This document shows positions 55,851 to 64,000 of a stretch of 64,000 nucleotides of DNA, in pieces; position 1 is the stretch's first letter, and each line of letters starts with the position of its first letter. The position numbers and the translations under genes were made by a program. This DNA comes from a bacterium. Lineage in GTDB: Bacteria > Patescibacteriota > Minisyncoccia > Phycocordibacterales > UBA2100. A model generated the notes under the pieces. It worked only from the letters and a program-made list of their open reading frames with translations. It was not told where the DNA came from and searched no databases. The stretch is from the NCBI GenBank assembly GCA_038128225.1, contig JAYPJF010000001.1, positions 2,155 to 66,154 on the forward strand, read 5' to 3'.

Positions 55851-57728
55851 ATGAAAAAACTCCTCACAACCCCATCGCTGCTTCTCGTCACACTCCTGGT
55901 GGTTGCGCCAGCTGCATCACTAAGAGCGGCAACGAATACACAAACGAGTCCTGCGACAACAAGCGCCACCCAAAGCGACAACGCTCGTGGGCGAGTGCGC
56001 GCAAATGTAGAATCAACACAGACACCCGAAACCGAACGCACAAAAATTCAGTGGCAAGGCGCAAAAAAAATTGCACCAAGCCTTAACACCACCCCAAAAC
56101 AAGTAGAACCGGGTGCACCCACAGTGCGCACTGCGGCCCTTTCGGGAAATCTAATTCCAAACCCTTCCGTAGAAGCAGCTGGATCTGGCGGGTTACCCGC
56201 ATCATGGAAGAAAGGAGGCTATGGTTCCAATACTCGCACGCTTACTTACCCGGTCACTGGCTCGTCGGGAAGTGGGATTCGCGTGCAGGTTTCAAATTAT
56301 CAAGCTGGTGACGCAAAATGGTATTTCACTCACATTCCCATTCACGCAGGCACAGCATATCGCTTTTCTGATCTCTACCAATCAAGCGTTCCGTCAATTG
56401 TCACCGCGCAATTTCAACTCGCGAATGGGTCCTATGTATACAAGGACATTGCCTCGCTCGCGCCGGCTGCGTCATTCGCACCAATGACAGTCGAATTTGT
56501 GGCGCCATCTAATGCGGTAGCGCTCACCATATTCCACCTCATTAAGAGCAACGGTACATTGACCACTGATGATTACGATCTCCGAGAAGTCACACAAGGA
56601 GGTGGCGCCAATTATGTCCCAAACGGCACGCTCGAAACAGGGAGCGCGACCCCTGACTCATGGAGGCAGGGTCGCTGGGGGCAGAACACAACCACTTTTT
56701 CCTATCCAGTAACCGGCTCGGGTGGCGGCAAGGCAGCACGCGTTACCCTCACCAACAAAGTTACCGGTGATGCAAAATGGTTTTTCAATCCGATAGCACT
56801 CTCCCCGGGCACATATACTTTCCAAGATGAATACACCGCAAGTATTTCATCACACGTTACCGTGCAGATACAACACACAAACGGTACGGTTACCTATCAA
56901 GATATCGCTCATCCACCTGCTTCTCCTTCGTGGTCGAGCGCTGTTGCAAGCTTTACCGTTCCGCAAACCGCGACGCTCGTTACCATCTTCCACCTCATTA
57001 ACCAAAATGGAACACTCACTATCGACAACATGTCGATTACAGGAGGGAGTGCGCGCCCAGGAATTTTTCAAACCGGTGCGGTAACGCTCCGTTTCGATGA
57101 TAACTGGGACTCACAATACACGCGCGGGTTCCCTAAATTGAATAGCCGAGGTCTTAAAGGCGTACTATACGTGGTCTCTCGGCAGATCGATGAGCTTGGG
57201 TTCCCAGGATATATGACACGCGCGCAAATTGAAGAAGTATACAATCAGGGGCACGAGATTGGTGCACACACTCGAACACACCGTGATCTCGCCTCACTTT
57301 CGTATACCGAGCAGCAAAATGAAGTGGCGGGTTCGAGACAAGATCTTCTTGGGTGGGATGTGGGTACTGTTGATTCCTTTGCATACCCTTTTGGTTCGTA
57401 CACCACGCAAACACTCCAGGTGGTGGCCGACGCAAATTTCGAAAGCGCCGCATCATCAAACGGCGGGCTCGTTACCCCAACTTCTGACCCCTATCAGCTC
57501 GAGCGCCGTGGCCTTGAAAACACAACCGCTTTCGAACAAGCGCGGCAATGGATCGACGAAGCGATCGCGAGTAAGAATTGGCTCATACTTACTATCCATG
57601 ACATACAACCTTCGTGCGCAGATCGCTATTGTGTCTCTATGGCCGTGTTCAACCAAATTGTTGATTACCTCGCCGACCAAAACACTCCTGTCGTGACGGT
57701 CAAACAGGCATTTGATTCGCTGGAGTAG
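55851..57728 (+). CDS. secreted polysaccharide deacetylase (CE4/NodB) with two tandem CBM4_9-like carbohydrate-binding repeats
   Basis: Signal peptide MKKLLTTPSLLLVTLLVVAPAASLRA. Two ~150-aa repeats (…NPSVEAAGSGGLPASWKKGGYG… / …NGTLETGSATPDSWRQGRWG…). C-terminal CE4 motifs (TLRFDDNWDSQY, HEIGAHTRTH). Start set at Met57 of the ORF. Confidence 0.7.
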   Translation: MKKLLTTPSLLLVTLLVVAPAASLRAATNTQTSPATTSATQSDNARGRVRANVESTQTPETERTKIQWQGAKKIAPSLNTTPKQVEPGAPTVRTAALSGNLIPNPSVEAAGSGGLPASWKKGGYGSNTRTLTYPVTGSSGSGIRVQVSNYQAGDAKWYFTHIPIHAGTAYRFSDLYQSSVPSIVTAQFQLANGSYVYKDIASLAPAASFAPMTVEFVAPSNAVALTIFHLIKSNGTLTTDDYDLREVTQGGGANYVPNGTLETGSATPDSWRQGRWGQNTTTFSYPVTGSGGGKAARVTLTNKVTGDAKWFFNPIALSPGTYTFQDEYTASISSHVTVQIQHTNGTVTYQDIAHPPASPSWSSAVASFTVPQTATLVTIFHLINQNGTLTIDNMSITGGSARPGIFQTGAVTLRFDDNWDSQYTRGFPKLNSRGLKGVLYVVSRQIDELGFPGYMTRAQIEEVYNQGHEIGAHTRTHRDLASLSYTEQQNEVAGSRQDLLGWDVGTVDSFAYPFGSYTTQTLQVVADANFESAASSNGGLVTPTSDPYQLERRGLENTTAFEQARQWIDEAIASKNWLILTIHDIQPSCADRYCVSMAVFNQIVDYLADQNTPVVTVKQAFDSLE

Positions 57729-57737
57729 AGAAATTAT

Positions 57738-57890
57738 TTTCTTAAAAAATCAGCGCGCAGCGAAAGTAGGCCGAGGGCGAGAAACAACGCTGCTTCAATC
57801 CAGTTATTTCTCTGAATCGCTTCAACAAGCGCAATACCAAAGAACAGAACAAAGACCGTTATGTTCGCGTATGAGATATTTTTCATGTTC
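57738..57890 (-). CDS. unlisted 50-aa two-TM small protein
   Basis: ATG immediately follows the stop of the upstream aroK-like fragment; hydrophobic MKNISYANITVFVLFFGIALVEAIQRNNWIEAALFLALGLLSLRADFLRK. Confidence 0.3.
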
Positions 57891-58148
57891 TTACTCTATC
57901 ATTTCAACGCTCCTCGGAATGATTAAAATTGCGATTTCCTGTGCCAATTGCTCGGGAGATTTATTGTTAGCATCTATGACGAAATCTGCATGCTTCATAT
58001 AAAGATTTTCTCGTTCCGAATATAAGTCCTCAAAGCTTTTACTCTTTAAACCGACAATACCACGAGTGCTCGCTTCAATTCGTGTTTTTAGGGCTTTAGG
58101 ATCGACTGCAAGATACAGGACGATTGAAATATCCTTGAGGGTTTTCAT
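57891..58148 (-). pseudogene. aroK: shikimate kinase-like C-terminal fragment lacking the P-loop N-terminus
   Basis: IVLYLAVDPKALKTRIE...ADFVIDANNKSPEQLAQEIAILI resembles the C-terminal half of AroK-type kinases. The upstream part of the ORF runs into tRNA-Gln and no Walker A is present. Confidence 0.4.
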
Positions 58149-58220
58149 TGCCCAAACTGGCTGCCGGACTTGGATTCGAACCAAGATAAACAGATCCAGA
58201 GTCTGTTGTCCTACCATTAG
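58147..58220 (-). tRNA. tRNA-Gln (anticodon CTG), CCA encoded
   Basis: Acceptor TGCCGGA/TCCGGCA, anticodon stem-loop ACAGA-CTCTGGA-TCTGT, T-arm CTTGG-TTCGAAT-CCAAG, discriminator G plus CCA. Confidence 0.8.
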
Positions 58221-58278
58221 ACGATCCGGCAATGGCGTGATTTTATCAAAAACCCGATGTATTTGCTACACTCCGGCC

Positions 58279-58947
58279 ATGGCTCGCTATCGGAGATACA
58301 AACGAGGACACAATGGAAATGACGTATTCTTGTTTCTTGCAGCACTGGTGGTTATTGGCGTTCTTGCGTATGTTTTCATAAGCAAAGCAGAGTCGATACT
58401 AATTGCGAGCACCGCTATTTCTTTTTTTGTAATTGCAGGGTTTTATATCGGACACCCGATTGTGAAATTTCTGAGTAAGAAAAGTTATGAGCATATACGT
58501 AAAGTTCGCAAAGACTGGAGAGAAATCAAGGAGATTGAAAAAACGAGGAGATTCTATACCGTACACCAACTAGTACAACTCGACCCGATTGTGTTCGAAC
58601 GGCATATGGCTCAAGTGTATCGTGCACTTGGATATACTGTTGAAATTACTCCACCGCAAAAAGACAAAGGCATCGACCTGATCCTTCACAAACACGGAAT
58701 TACTTGTGCGGTGCAAGTAAAACGCTACACGCGAAATAATGTAGGAGCTCCGGAGATACAGGCGTTCTATGGTGCGTACGCCCGCCGGTATGACAAGGGG
58801 CTATTTGTTACAACTTCTGACTTTACACAGGAAGCACGCCTGTATGCGAAAGAAAATGAAGTCATGCTTACTAATGGTACAGATTTAGGAGAACTTGAAA
58901 AAGAGGCTTTTGATAACAAATCTTCAACTAGTCGCATCCTTCATTAG
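58279..58947 (+). CDS. membrane-anchored Mrr-like restriction endonuclease-domain protein
   Basis: Two N-terminal TM helices, then Mrr_cat-like core (FERHMAQVYRALGYTVEITPPQKDKGIDLILHKHGITCAVQVKRY...GLFVTTSDFTQEA); start at Met72 of ORF. Confidence 0.6.
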   Translation: MARYRRYKRGHNGNDVFLFLAALVVIGVLAYVFISKAESILIASTAISFFVIAGFYIGHPIVKFLSKKSYEHIRKVRKDWREIKEIEKTRRFYTVHQLVQLDPIVFERHMAQVYRALGYTVEITPPQKDKGIDLILHKHGITCAVQVKRYTRNNVGAPEIQAFYGAYARRYDKGLFVTTSDFTQEARLYAKENEVMLTNGTDLGELEKEAFDNKSSTSRILH

Positions 58948-59454
58948 CTCACTGAAGTGTTTTTGTATTTTTTCGACTTTGGGCGCCACCACGATCTGAC
59001 AATACGGTGCGTTTTTATTGTTCGCGTAATACTCTTGATGATACTCTTCGGCAGGATAAAAAGCTTCGAGTTTTTCGATGCGCGTTACCGCCTCCACCCC
59101 TTCTTTTGCGAATTCTGTCAAAGAGTTCTCCGCATCGCTTCGCTGCGCTTCAGTCGTGTACAAAATGAGTGAGCGGTATTGAGTTCCCACATCAGCACCT
59201 TGTTTGTTTAGCGTCGTCGGATCGTGCGAAGCAAAAAAGACCGCGAGCAGATCACGATAACTGATTATCGATGGATCAAATTCGACCTTAATGACTTCTG
59301 CATGCCCGGTGCGGCCGCTCGATACTTGTTCGTAATTTGGGTCTTCCTTTTCTCCTCCTGCATATCCCGAAACCACACTCGTTACTCCCTTAAGCATTCT
59401 AAACACCGCCTCAGTGCACCAGAAGCATCCGCCACCAAATACAGCAATTTCCAT
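58924..59454 (-). CDS. msrA: peptide methionine (S)-S-oxide reductase MsrA
   Basis: MEIAVFGGGCFWCTEAVF active-site motif. Confidence 0.9.
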   Translation of the reverse strand: MEIAVFGGGCFWCTEAVFRMLKGVTSVVSGYAGGEKEDPNYEQVSSGRTGHAEVIKVEFDPSIISYRDLLAVFFASHDPTTLNKQGADVGTQYRSLILYTTEAQRSDAENSLTEFAKEGVEAVTRIEKLEAFYPAEEYHQEYYANNKNAPYCQIVVAPKVEKIQKHFSELMKDATS

Positions 59455-59471
59455 ACATAGAGCGTAGCACG

Positions 59472-60422
59472 CTATTCAGACTTCAAACATGTACGCCGAT
59501 CTCGTCCGAGCGAGAACACATGCTCCCGCACTGCCACAACCCCCTGGGTATCGAATGTTACCGAAACACCAAGGCCTGTGCGCACCGCATCGTCCCAGTA
59601 CTGATCAAAAATAAAATTACCGAGCGAATAGTAAATTCGCGCCCCGTGGTACTCTTCCATTTCCTGAATAACGTGTGGGTGCGAGCCGATCACGATCACC
59701 GCGCCTGCATCTACAAATGAGCGTGCGAGCTCCCTCACACGCTGAGGCGGTGGCACATATTCGTCTCCCCAATGGGCATACACGATAGGCACGCGCCCGG
59801 ATTCTTTTTCTACACGCACTTGTGCCACCGTGTGGTCAGTCTTGTCGCTCGTCCAGTCACTCCAGTTTATAAAAGAGAGCGGCGTGTCGTTAATCGTCAT
59901 CCGCGCAACTCGATCACTTTCTTGGGCGTCAGGATCACCAAAGTGGCGCACTCGAGCACTCTCGAGCCACTGCTTCGTCTGCACAAGACCATCTCTTCCG
60001 AAATTCATGATGTGATTGTTGCCAATCGAGACAAGCGAAACATTGTTTCGTTTGAGTAAGGCAGCGGTCGATGTCGGAAATGTGAAAGTGTAGTTTTCAG
60101 GCGAACCGACAACACTCCCAACGCTTTTTGATGCGTACGACGTAATAGGGCCTTCCAAATTCCCGACCACCAAATCTACCGTGCCGAAAAGATCACGGAT
60201 GCAGGAAAAAATATACTCTTCTCCTTTTTCTTCGATTGTTGTGCGGATACTTCGGTCAAACATCATGTCACCCACAAACAGTACCGCCGCTTCTTTTTTG
60301 GAGACCTGTGCAGGAGCGGCGAAAAAAATAAAATCATCAAGTATCACAGGCGGGAAAAGAGCAGACACGACAAGCACGAACGCAAAGAAAAAAACTAACG
60401 TTCCACTAGTGCGGTTATTCAT
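59472..60422 (-). CDS. CapA/PGA_cap family metallophosphatase (poly-gamma-glutamate capsule synthesis protein-like), secreted
   Basis: Signal/TM, VGDMMFDR and LVVGNLEGPITS motifs. Confidence 0.7.
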   Translation of the reverse strand: MNNRTSGTLVFFFAFVLVVSALFPPVILDDFIFFAAPAQVSKKEAAVLFVGDMMFDRSIRTTIEEKGEEYIFSCIRDLFGTVDLVVGNLEGPITSYASKSVGSVVGSPENYTFTFPTSTAALLKRNNVSLVSIGNNHIMNFGRDGLVQTKQWLESARVRHFGDPDAQESDRVARMTINDTPLSFINWSDWTSDKTDHTVAQVRVEKESGRVPIVYAHWGDEYVPPPQRVRELARSFVDAGAVIVIGSHPHVIQEMEEYHGARIYYSLGNFIFDQYWDDAVRTGLGVSVTFDTQGVVAVREHVFSLGRDRRTCLKSE

Positions 60423-60933
60423 CCTCTTTCAGTGCCTCTTTAATGCCGACGAGTCCTTGTTTGTTTTTAACCGCGAGAAAGAGCCGCCGAGCAGTATCAA
60501 GAATCACGGGCAACTCGAGGTAATCAATAAGTATCGCAACCCACGCAAGCCATGCCGGCAATACGGTTTCGTGCGTGTGTGCGCCGGTGAAAGTGTCCAC
60601 CACAAATTCATCGGTAATCCAAAACATGTGAAGCCACTGCGAGTGTAGAAGTGCGAGCATGACAACTGCGTGCCATTTCTCTCCCCTACGCCACGCGTCG
60701 ATATACACGAGAGATATGGTGAGAATCGCTGGAATCTCTGTGTAATCAATGAGAATAATGATGATTTGCCAAATTCCTTGGAGATCAAAAATTCCTTCGC
60801 CTAAAAGCCTTGTGGCAATTACATCGCCCCCGAGCCAGGTAAGATGTCCGAGTTGCAAAAGAAAAAGCCCGAGCGCAACCGAGACATTGAGCACATAGTT
60901 TCGTTCATACCATTTCCAAAACCCAGAAAGCAT
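60415..60933 (-). CDS. hypothetical polytopic membrane protein
   Basis: 4-5 predicted TM helices; no family recognised. Confidence 0.45.
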   Translation of the reverse strand: MLSGFWKWYERNYVLNVSVALGLFLLQLGHLTWLGGDVIATRLLGEGIFDLQGIWQIIIILIDYTEIPAILTISLVYIDAWRRGEKWHAVVMLALLHSQWLHMFWITDEFVVDTFTGAHTHETVLPAWLAWVAILIDYLELPVILDTARRLFLAVKNKQGLVGIKEALKEDE

Positions 60934-60990
60934 AGCCAGATACTAGCACACCTCAACGTCGATATATCGAAGCCAAAAAATTGCGTTTTG

Positions 60991-62646
60991 TTAACGTCTG
61001 TCTCTACCCTTATCGATACACGCTTTTATATACGCGGTAAAGAGTGGGTGCGGCGCAAGTGGACGCGCCTTAAGTTCTGGGTGGAATTGCGTCCCCAGCA
61101 TAAATGGGTGCTTGGTTTTTGAAAGTTCCGCAATTTCCATGAGTCGTTTGTCAGGAGAAATGCCTGAAAAAACCACTCCTCCTTTTTCAAGCACTTCAAT
61201 GTACTCAGGATTTACTTCGTATCGATGACGATGTCGCTCGCTTACCATCTCTGCTTTATACGCAGCGCGTGCGATCGTGCTTTGTTTCAAGTAACACGGG
61301 TACGCGCCCAGGCGCATCGTCCCTCCATAATGTTTGTGAGCAATTTTGTCTTTTTGGTCAGGCATGACATCGATAACCGGCGTTGCTGTTTTCGGATTGA
61401 TCTCAACCGTATGGGCGTCCTTCATTTTGAGCACGTTTCGCGCATATTCAACAAGCATAAGCTGCATGCCGTAGCAGAGGCCAAAATACGGGATGCGCTT
61501 TTCTCGCGCATATTTAATTGCCTGGATTTTTCCCTCAATACCAGTTTCCCCAAATCCACCTGGCACCAAGAGACCGTCGAATCGCCCGAGCTCTTCAAGA
61601 TTTTTTCCATCCTGATATCGTTTGGCGTTGAGCCACTCAAGTTCCGGTTTTACATTTAAATGATAGGCGGAATATTTTAGTGCTTCAATGACAGAAAGAT
61701 ACGCATCTGAAAGAACGAAATCCCCCGTATCAAAATATTTCCCCACAATGCCAATGCGCACCTTTTTTTGTCCATTATGTGCCTTTGCAGCAAATTTTCT
61801 CCATGCAGCAAGGTCACTTTTTTGTTTTGGCTTGAGTCCTAAGCGCTTTAACAACACCCCCGAAAGATCGTCTTTCTCAAAATTAATCGGCACATCATAG
61901 ACACTTGAAACATCGGGAGCAGAAATAACATGTTCAGGACGTACTGAACACCAGATCGCAAGTTTCTCCTTTCGTTTCGTATCAAGAGGCACTTCGCTGC
62001 GAGCAACAATAAATTCAGCCTGCACACCGTATGAGTTAAGTTGTCGAATCGCGTTTTGCGTCGGTCGCGTTTTCATCTCTCCAACGCTTTTAGGTACAGG
62101 TAAGTAGGAAACAATGACAAACGTGACGTCCTGCGGCGCACGCATCTGCATAACGCGCGCCGCCTCAATGAAGAGCGCATTTTGAAAATCGCCGATGGTG
62201 CCACCGATTTCAATCACCGACACATCGGATTTAGCAGCGTGCGCCGCGCGTTCGAAACGTCCAATGATTTCATCTCGAACATGCGGAATCGCTTCAACAA
62301 ATTTTCCACCATACCCAAGGTTTCGTTCACGCTCGATTACGGTCTTATACACCATGCCGCTCGTCATATAATCTTCCGGTGGCAAATCGCGTCCAAGAAA
62401 GCGCTCGTAATTCCCCATGTCCTGATCTGTTTCGAGTCCAGAGTCGAGCACGAACACTTCCCCGTGTTCGGTGGGATTCATAGTGCCCGCATCAACGTTA
62501 AGGTATGGGTCCACTTTCACAAGATTCACCGAAAAACCCCGAGCCTGGAGTATCTGCCCCATAGATGCTGAGGCAATACCTTTTCCAACGCCAGACATGA
62601 CGCCACCGACAACGAAAATATATTTGTGCGCACGCTTTGTAGTCAT
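60991..62646 (-). CDS. pyrG: CTP synthase
   Basis: N-terminal synthetase domain (YIFVVGGVMSGVGKGI) and C-terminal GATase domain. Confidence 0.95.
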   Translation of the reverse strand: MTTKRAHKYIFVVGGVMSGVGKGIASASMGQILQARGFSVNLVKVDPYLNVDAGTMNPTEHGEVFVLDSGLETDQDMGNYERFLGRDLPPEDYMTSGMVYKTVIERERNLGYGGKFVEAIPHVRDEIIGRFERAAHAAKSDVSVIEIGGTIGDFQNALFIEAARVMQMRAPQDVTFVIVSYLPVPKSVGEMKTRPTQNAIRQLNSYGVQAEFIVARSEVPLDTKRKEKLAIWCSVRPEHVISAPDVSSVYDVPINFEKDDLSGVLLKRLGLKPKQKSDLAAWRKFAAKAHNGQKKVRIGIVGKYFDTGDFVLSDAYLSVIEALKYSAYHLNVKPELEWLNAKRYQDGKNLEELGRFDGLLVPGGFGETGIEGKIQAIKYAREKRIPYFGLCYGMQLMLVEYARNVLKMKDAHTVEINPKTATPVIDVMPDQKDKIAHKHYGGTMRLGAYPCYLKQSTIARAAYKAEMVSERHRHRYEVNPEYIEVLEKGGVVFSGISPDKRLMEIAELSKTKHPFMLGTQFHPELKARPLAPHPLFTAYIKACIDKGRDRR

Positions 62647-62653
62647 GTTTACC

Positions 62654-63586
62654 TCATTTTTTCAAATATCGTCGCACTGCTAAATAGCTCGAGAAAGCAC
62701 CCAGGAGGGCCCCAGTACCCATAATCAAGAAGAACAAGTGCGGGAAATTGCTCGTAAAGTATTCATAGGTATTGAACACGCCAAAAAACTTTTCTGAAGA
62801 TGCAGAAAGATAGAGTGAGATCGGATAGAGCGCCACGAGCACAATGACTGCTGAAACGATTCCATAAAGGATACCCGCGATAACAAAAGGTCCTCGCACA
62901 TACCAGTGCGCAGCGCCAACAAGCCTCATGATATTGATTTCTTCTTTTGACGTGTAGATCGCAAGCCGGATCGTATTAAACGCGATCAAAATAGATGCGA
63001 TGACAAAAAAACCCGCAACAAAAAAACCGAACGTACGCGAGGTGTCGATGATACTCCCCAGACGTTCGATAGTGGTCTTATTTTGATAGTAGTTCACTTT
63101 TTCGATAATGTGTTCTTCCCCAGAATTTCCCGCAGCGGGCAAACTTTCTATGAATCGCGCAATCGACTCGTACTGATTGGTGTCTTTTGCTTGAATGGCA
63201 AGCGAGGCTCCCAGTGGATTCTCTTCAAGTTCATCAAGGGCCTGCAGAGTTAGCTGGTCATTTTTATGCCGCTCGCGAAAACGCTCGAGCGCCACTTCAC
63301 GTGACGTGTACTCGATAGAGGCAACTTCAGGCAGACTCTCTATAGTACGTTTAACGCCAAGCACCTCTTCTTCTGTTGCTGTGGTGAGGAAATACACGTT
63401 CACATCAACTTTTTGCGTAAGTTGTTCAAGCGTCGACGACAGCGCGGCTCCTGCAATCGTCATACAGGCGATGACGAAAAGTGTGATCGTCATAATGAAA
63501 ATTGCAGAAAGCGAAACGAAGCCATTTCGGAAAAATCCGATCAGCCCGTATCGGCCAACACGCTTCAAATTGGTCCATCCTCCCAT
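62654..63586 (-). CDS. ftsX: cell division ABC transporter permease FtsX
   Basis: N-terminal TM, periplasmic domain and C-terminal 3-TM FtsX domain; directly downstream of ftsE. Confidence 0.85.
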   Translation of the reverse strand: MGGWTNLKRVGRYGLIGFFRNGFVSLSAIFIMTITLFVIACMTIAGAALSSTLEQLTQKVDVNVYFLTTATEEEVLGVKRTIESLPEVASIEYTSREVALERFRERHKNDQLTLQALDELEENPLGASLAIQAKDTNQYESIARFIESLPAAGNSGEEHIIEKVNYYQNKTTIERLGSIIDTSRTFGFFVAGFFVIASILIAFNTIRLAIYTSKEEINIMRLVGAAHWYVRGPFVIAGILYGIVSAVIVLVALYPISLYLSASSEKFFGVFNTYEYFTSNFPHLFFLIMGTGALLGAFSSYLAVRRYLKK

Positions 63587-63588
63587 AC

Positions 63589-64000
63589 TTACAAAGTATA
63601 GTGCCCCGTTGGGTCATCGCGCACTATTTTTCCCCGATCCATAGTGACAACACGTTTCCCAACTGAGTCAACAACATTCCTGTTATGAGTCGTGAGAAGC
63701 ACCGTGGTGCCCAAATCGTTGATTTTCTTCAAAATTTGCACCACTTCATAAGTGTTGATCGGATCAAGGTTTCCTGTCGGTTCATCAGCAATAAGGACAT
63801 CGGGTTGGTTGACAATCGCACGCGCAATTGCGACACGCTGCTGCTCGCCACCGGAAAGCTCTTTAGGGAAACTCCACATTTTCTCGCCCAAATCGACAAG
63901 GTCGAGAACGTACGGCACATCGGCAGCAATGTCTCCATCGGAGCGTCCGGCAGCTTCCATCGCAAACGCGATATTTTCGTACACATTTTTTGTCGGAAGA
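63589..64000 (-). CDS. ftsE: cell division ABC transporter ATPase FtsE (C-terminal part; N-terminus beyond window end)
   Basis: ABC signature [16 protein letters not shown] and Walker [13 protein letters not shown]. Confidence 0.85.
   Translation of the reverse strand, partial: LPTKNVYENIAFAMEAAGRSDGDIAADVPYVLDLVDLGEKMWSFPKELSGGEQQRVAIARAIVNQPDVLIADEPTGNLDPINTYEVVQILKKINDLGTTVLLTTHNRNVVDSVGKRVVTMDRGKIVRDDPTGHYTL

Noticed and set aside
57712-58002. 96-aa plus ORF after the CE4 gene
   Set aside because: Overlaps the aroK-like fragment and small TM ORF on the other strand; no RBS.

Overview
This 64 kb window has a gene content typical of a streamlined, probably CPR/Patescibacteria-type bacterium. 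That phylum guess rests on gene content only (class II RNR, DUF5667, Arg-rich extensions on RNA enzymes, many secreted wall-active enzymes) and is unverified. Overall GC is about 50%. Most of the window is dense housekeeping.

Housekeeping genes called: tsaD, valS, lepA/EF4, murJ, RNase P RNA (rnpB), class II B12-dependent RNR (nrdJ) plus a separate NrdH-like glutaredoxin, prs, msrA, msrB, groES-groEL, secG, RNase J, glmS, nth, a MutY-like glycosylase, dinB, typA/bipA, a DEAD-box helicase, a pseudouridine synthase, pyrG, ftsX and a partial ftsE.

RNA genes read by eye: five tRNAs (Phe-GAA, Arg-CCT, Gly-CCC, Ser-GGA, Gln-CTG) and one decayed tRNA-Phe copy.

The clearest accessory region is about 19.5-23.75 kb. 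It holds a strongly GC3-biased, foreign-looking secreted-protein gene with host-like promoter, RBS and terminator. It also holds a run of small detox/modification genes (YbaK, VOC, DUF1801, GNAT, DUF1905), then a small repeat-flanked ORF and an elevated-GC Arg/Glu-rich protein on either side of tRNA-Ser.

Other oddities: tRNA-Gly is followed by a 19-bp duplicate of its 3-prime end with 127 bp of structured sequence between the copies. rnpB ends in a tandemly duplicated 3-prime end/terminator unit. tRNA-Gln sits exactly where the N-terminus of a truncated shikimate-kinase-like gene should be, next to a membrane-anchored Mrr-like nuclease-domain protein. There is an uncharacterised secreted protein with a cupredoxin-like (Cys-less) domain followed by a repeated Cys/His motif. 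There is also a secreted CBM-CBM-CE4 deacetylase/GH18 module.

No CRISPR array, no obvious transposase or integrase, and no rRNA were seen.
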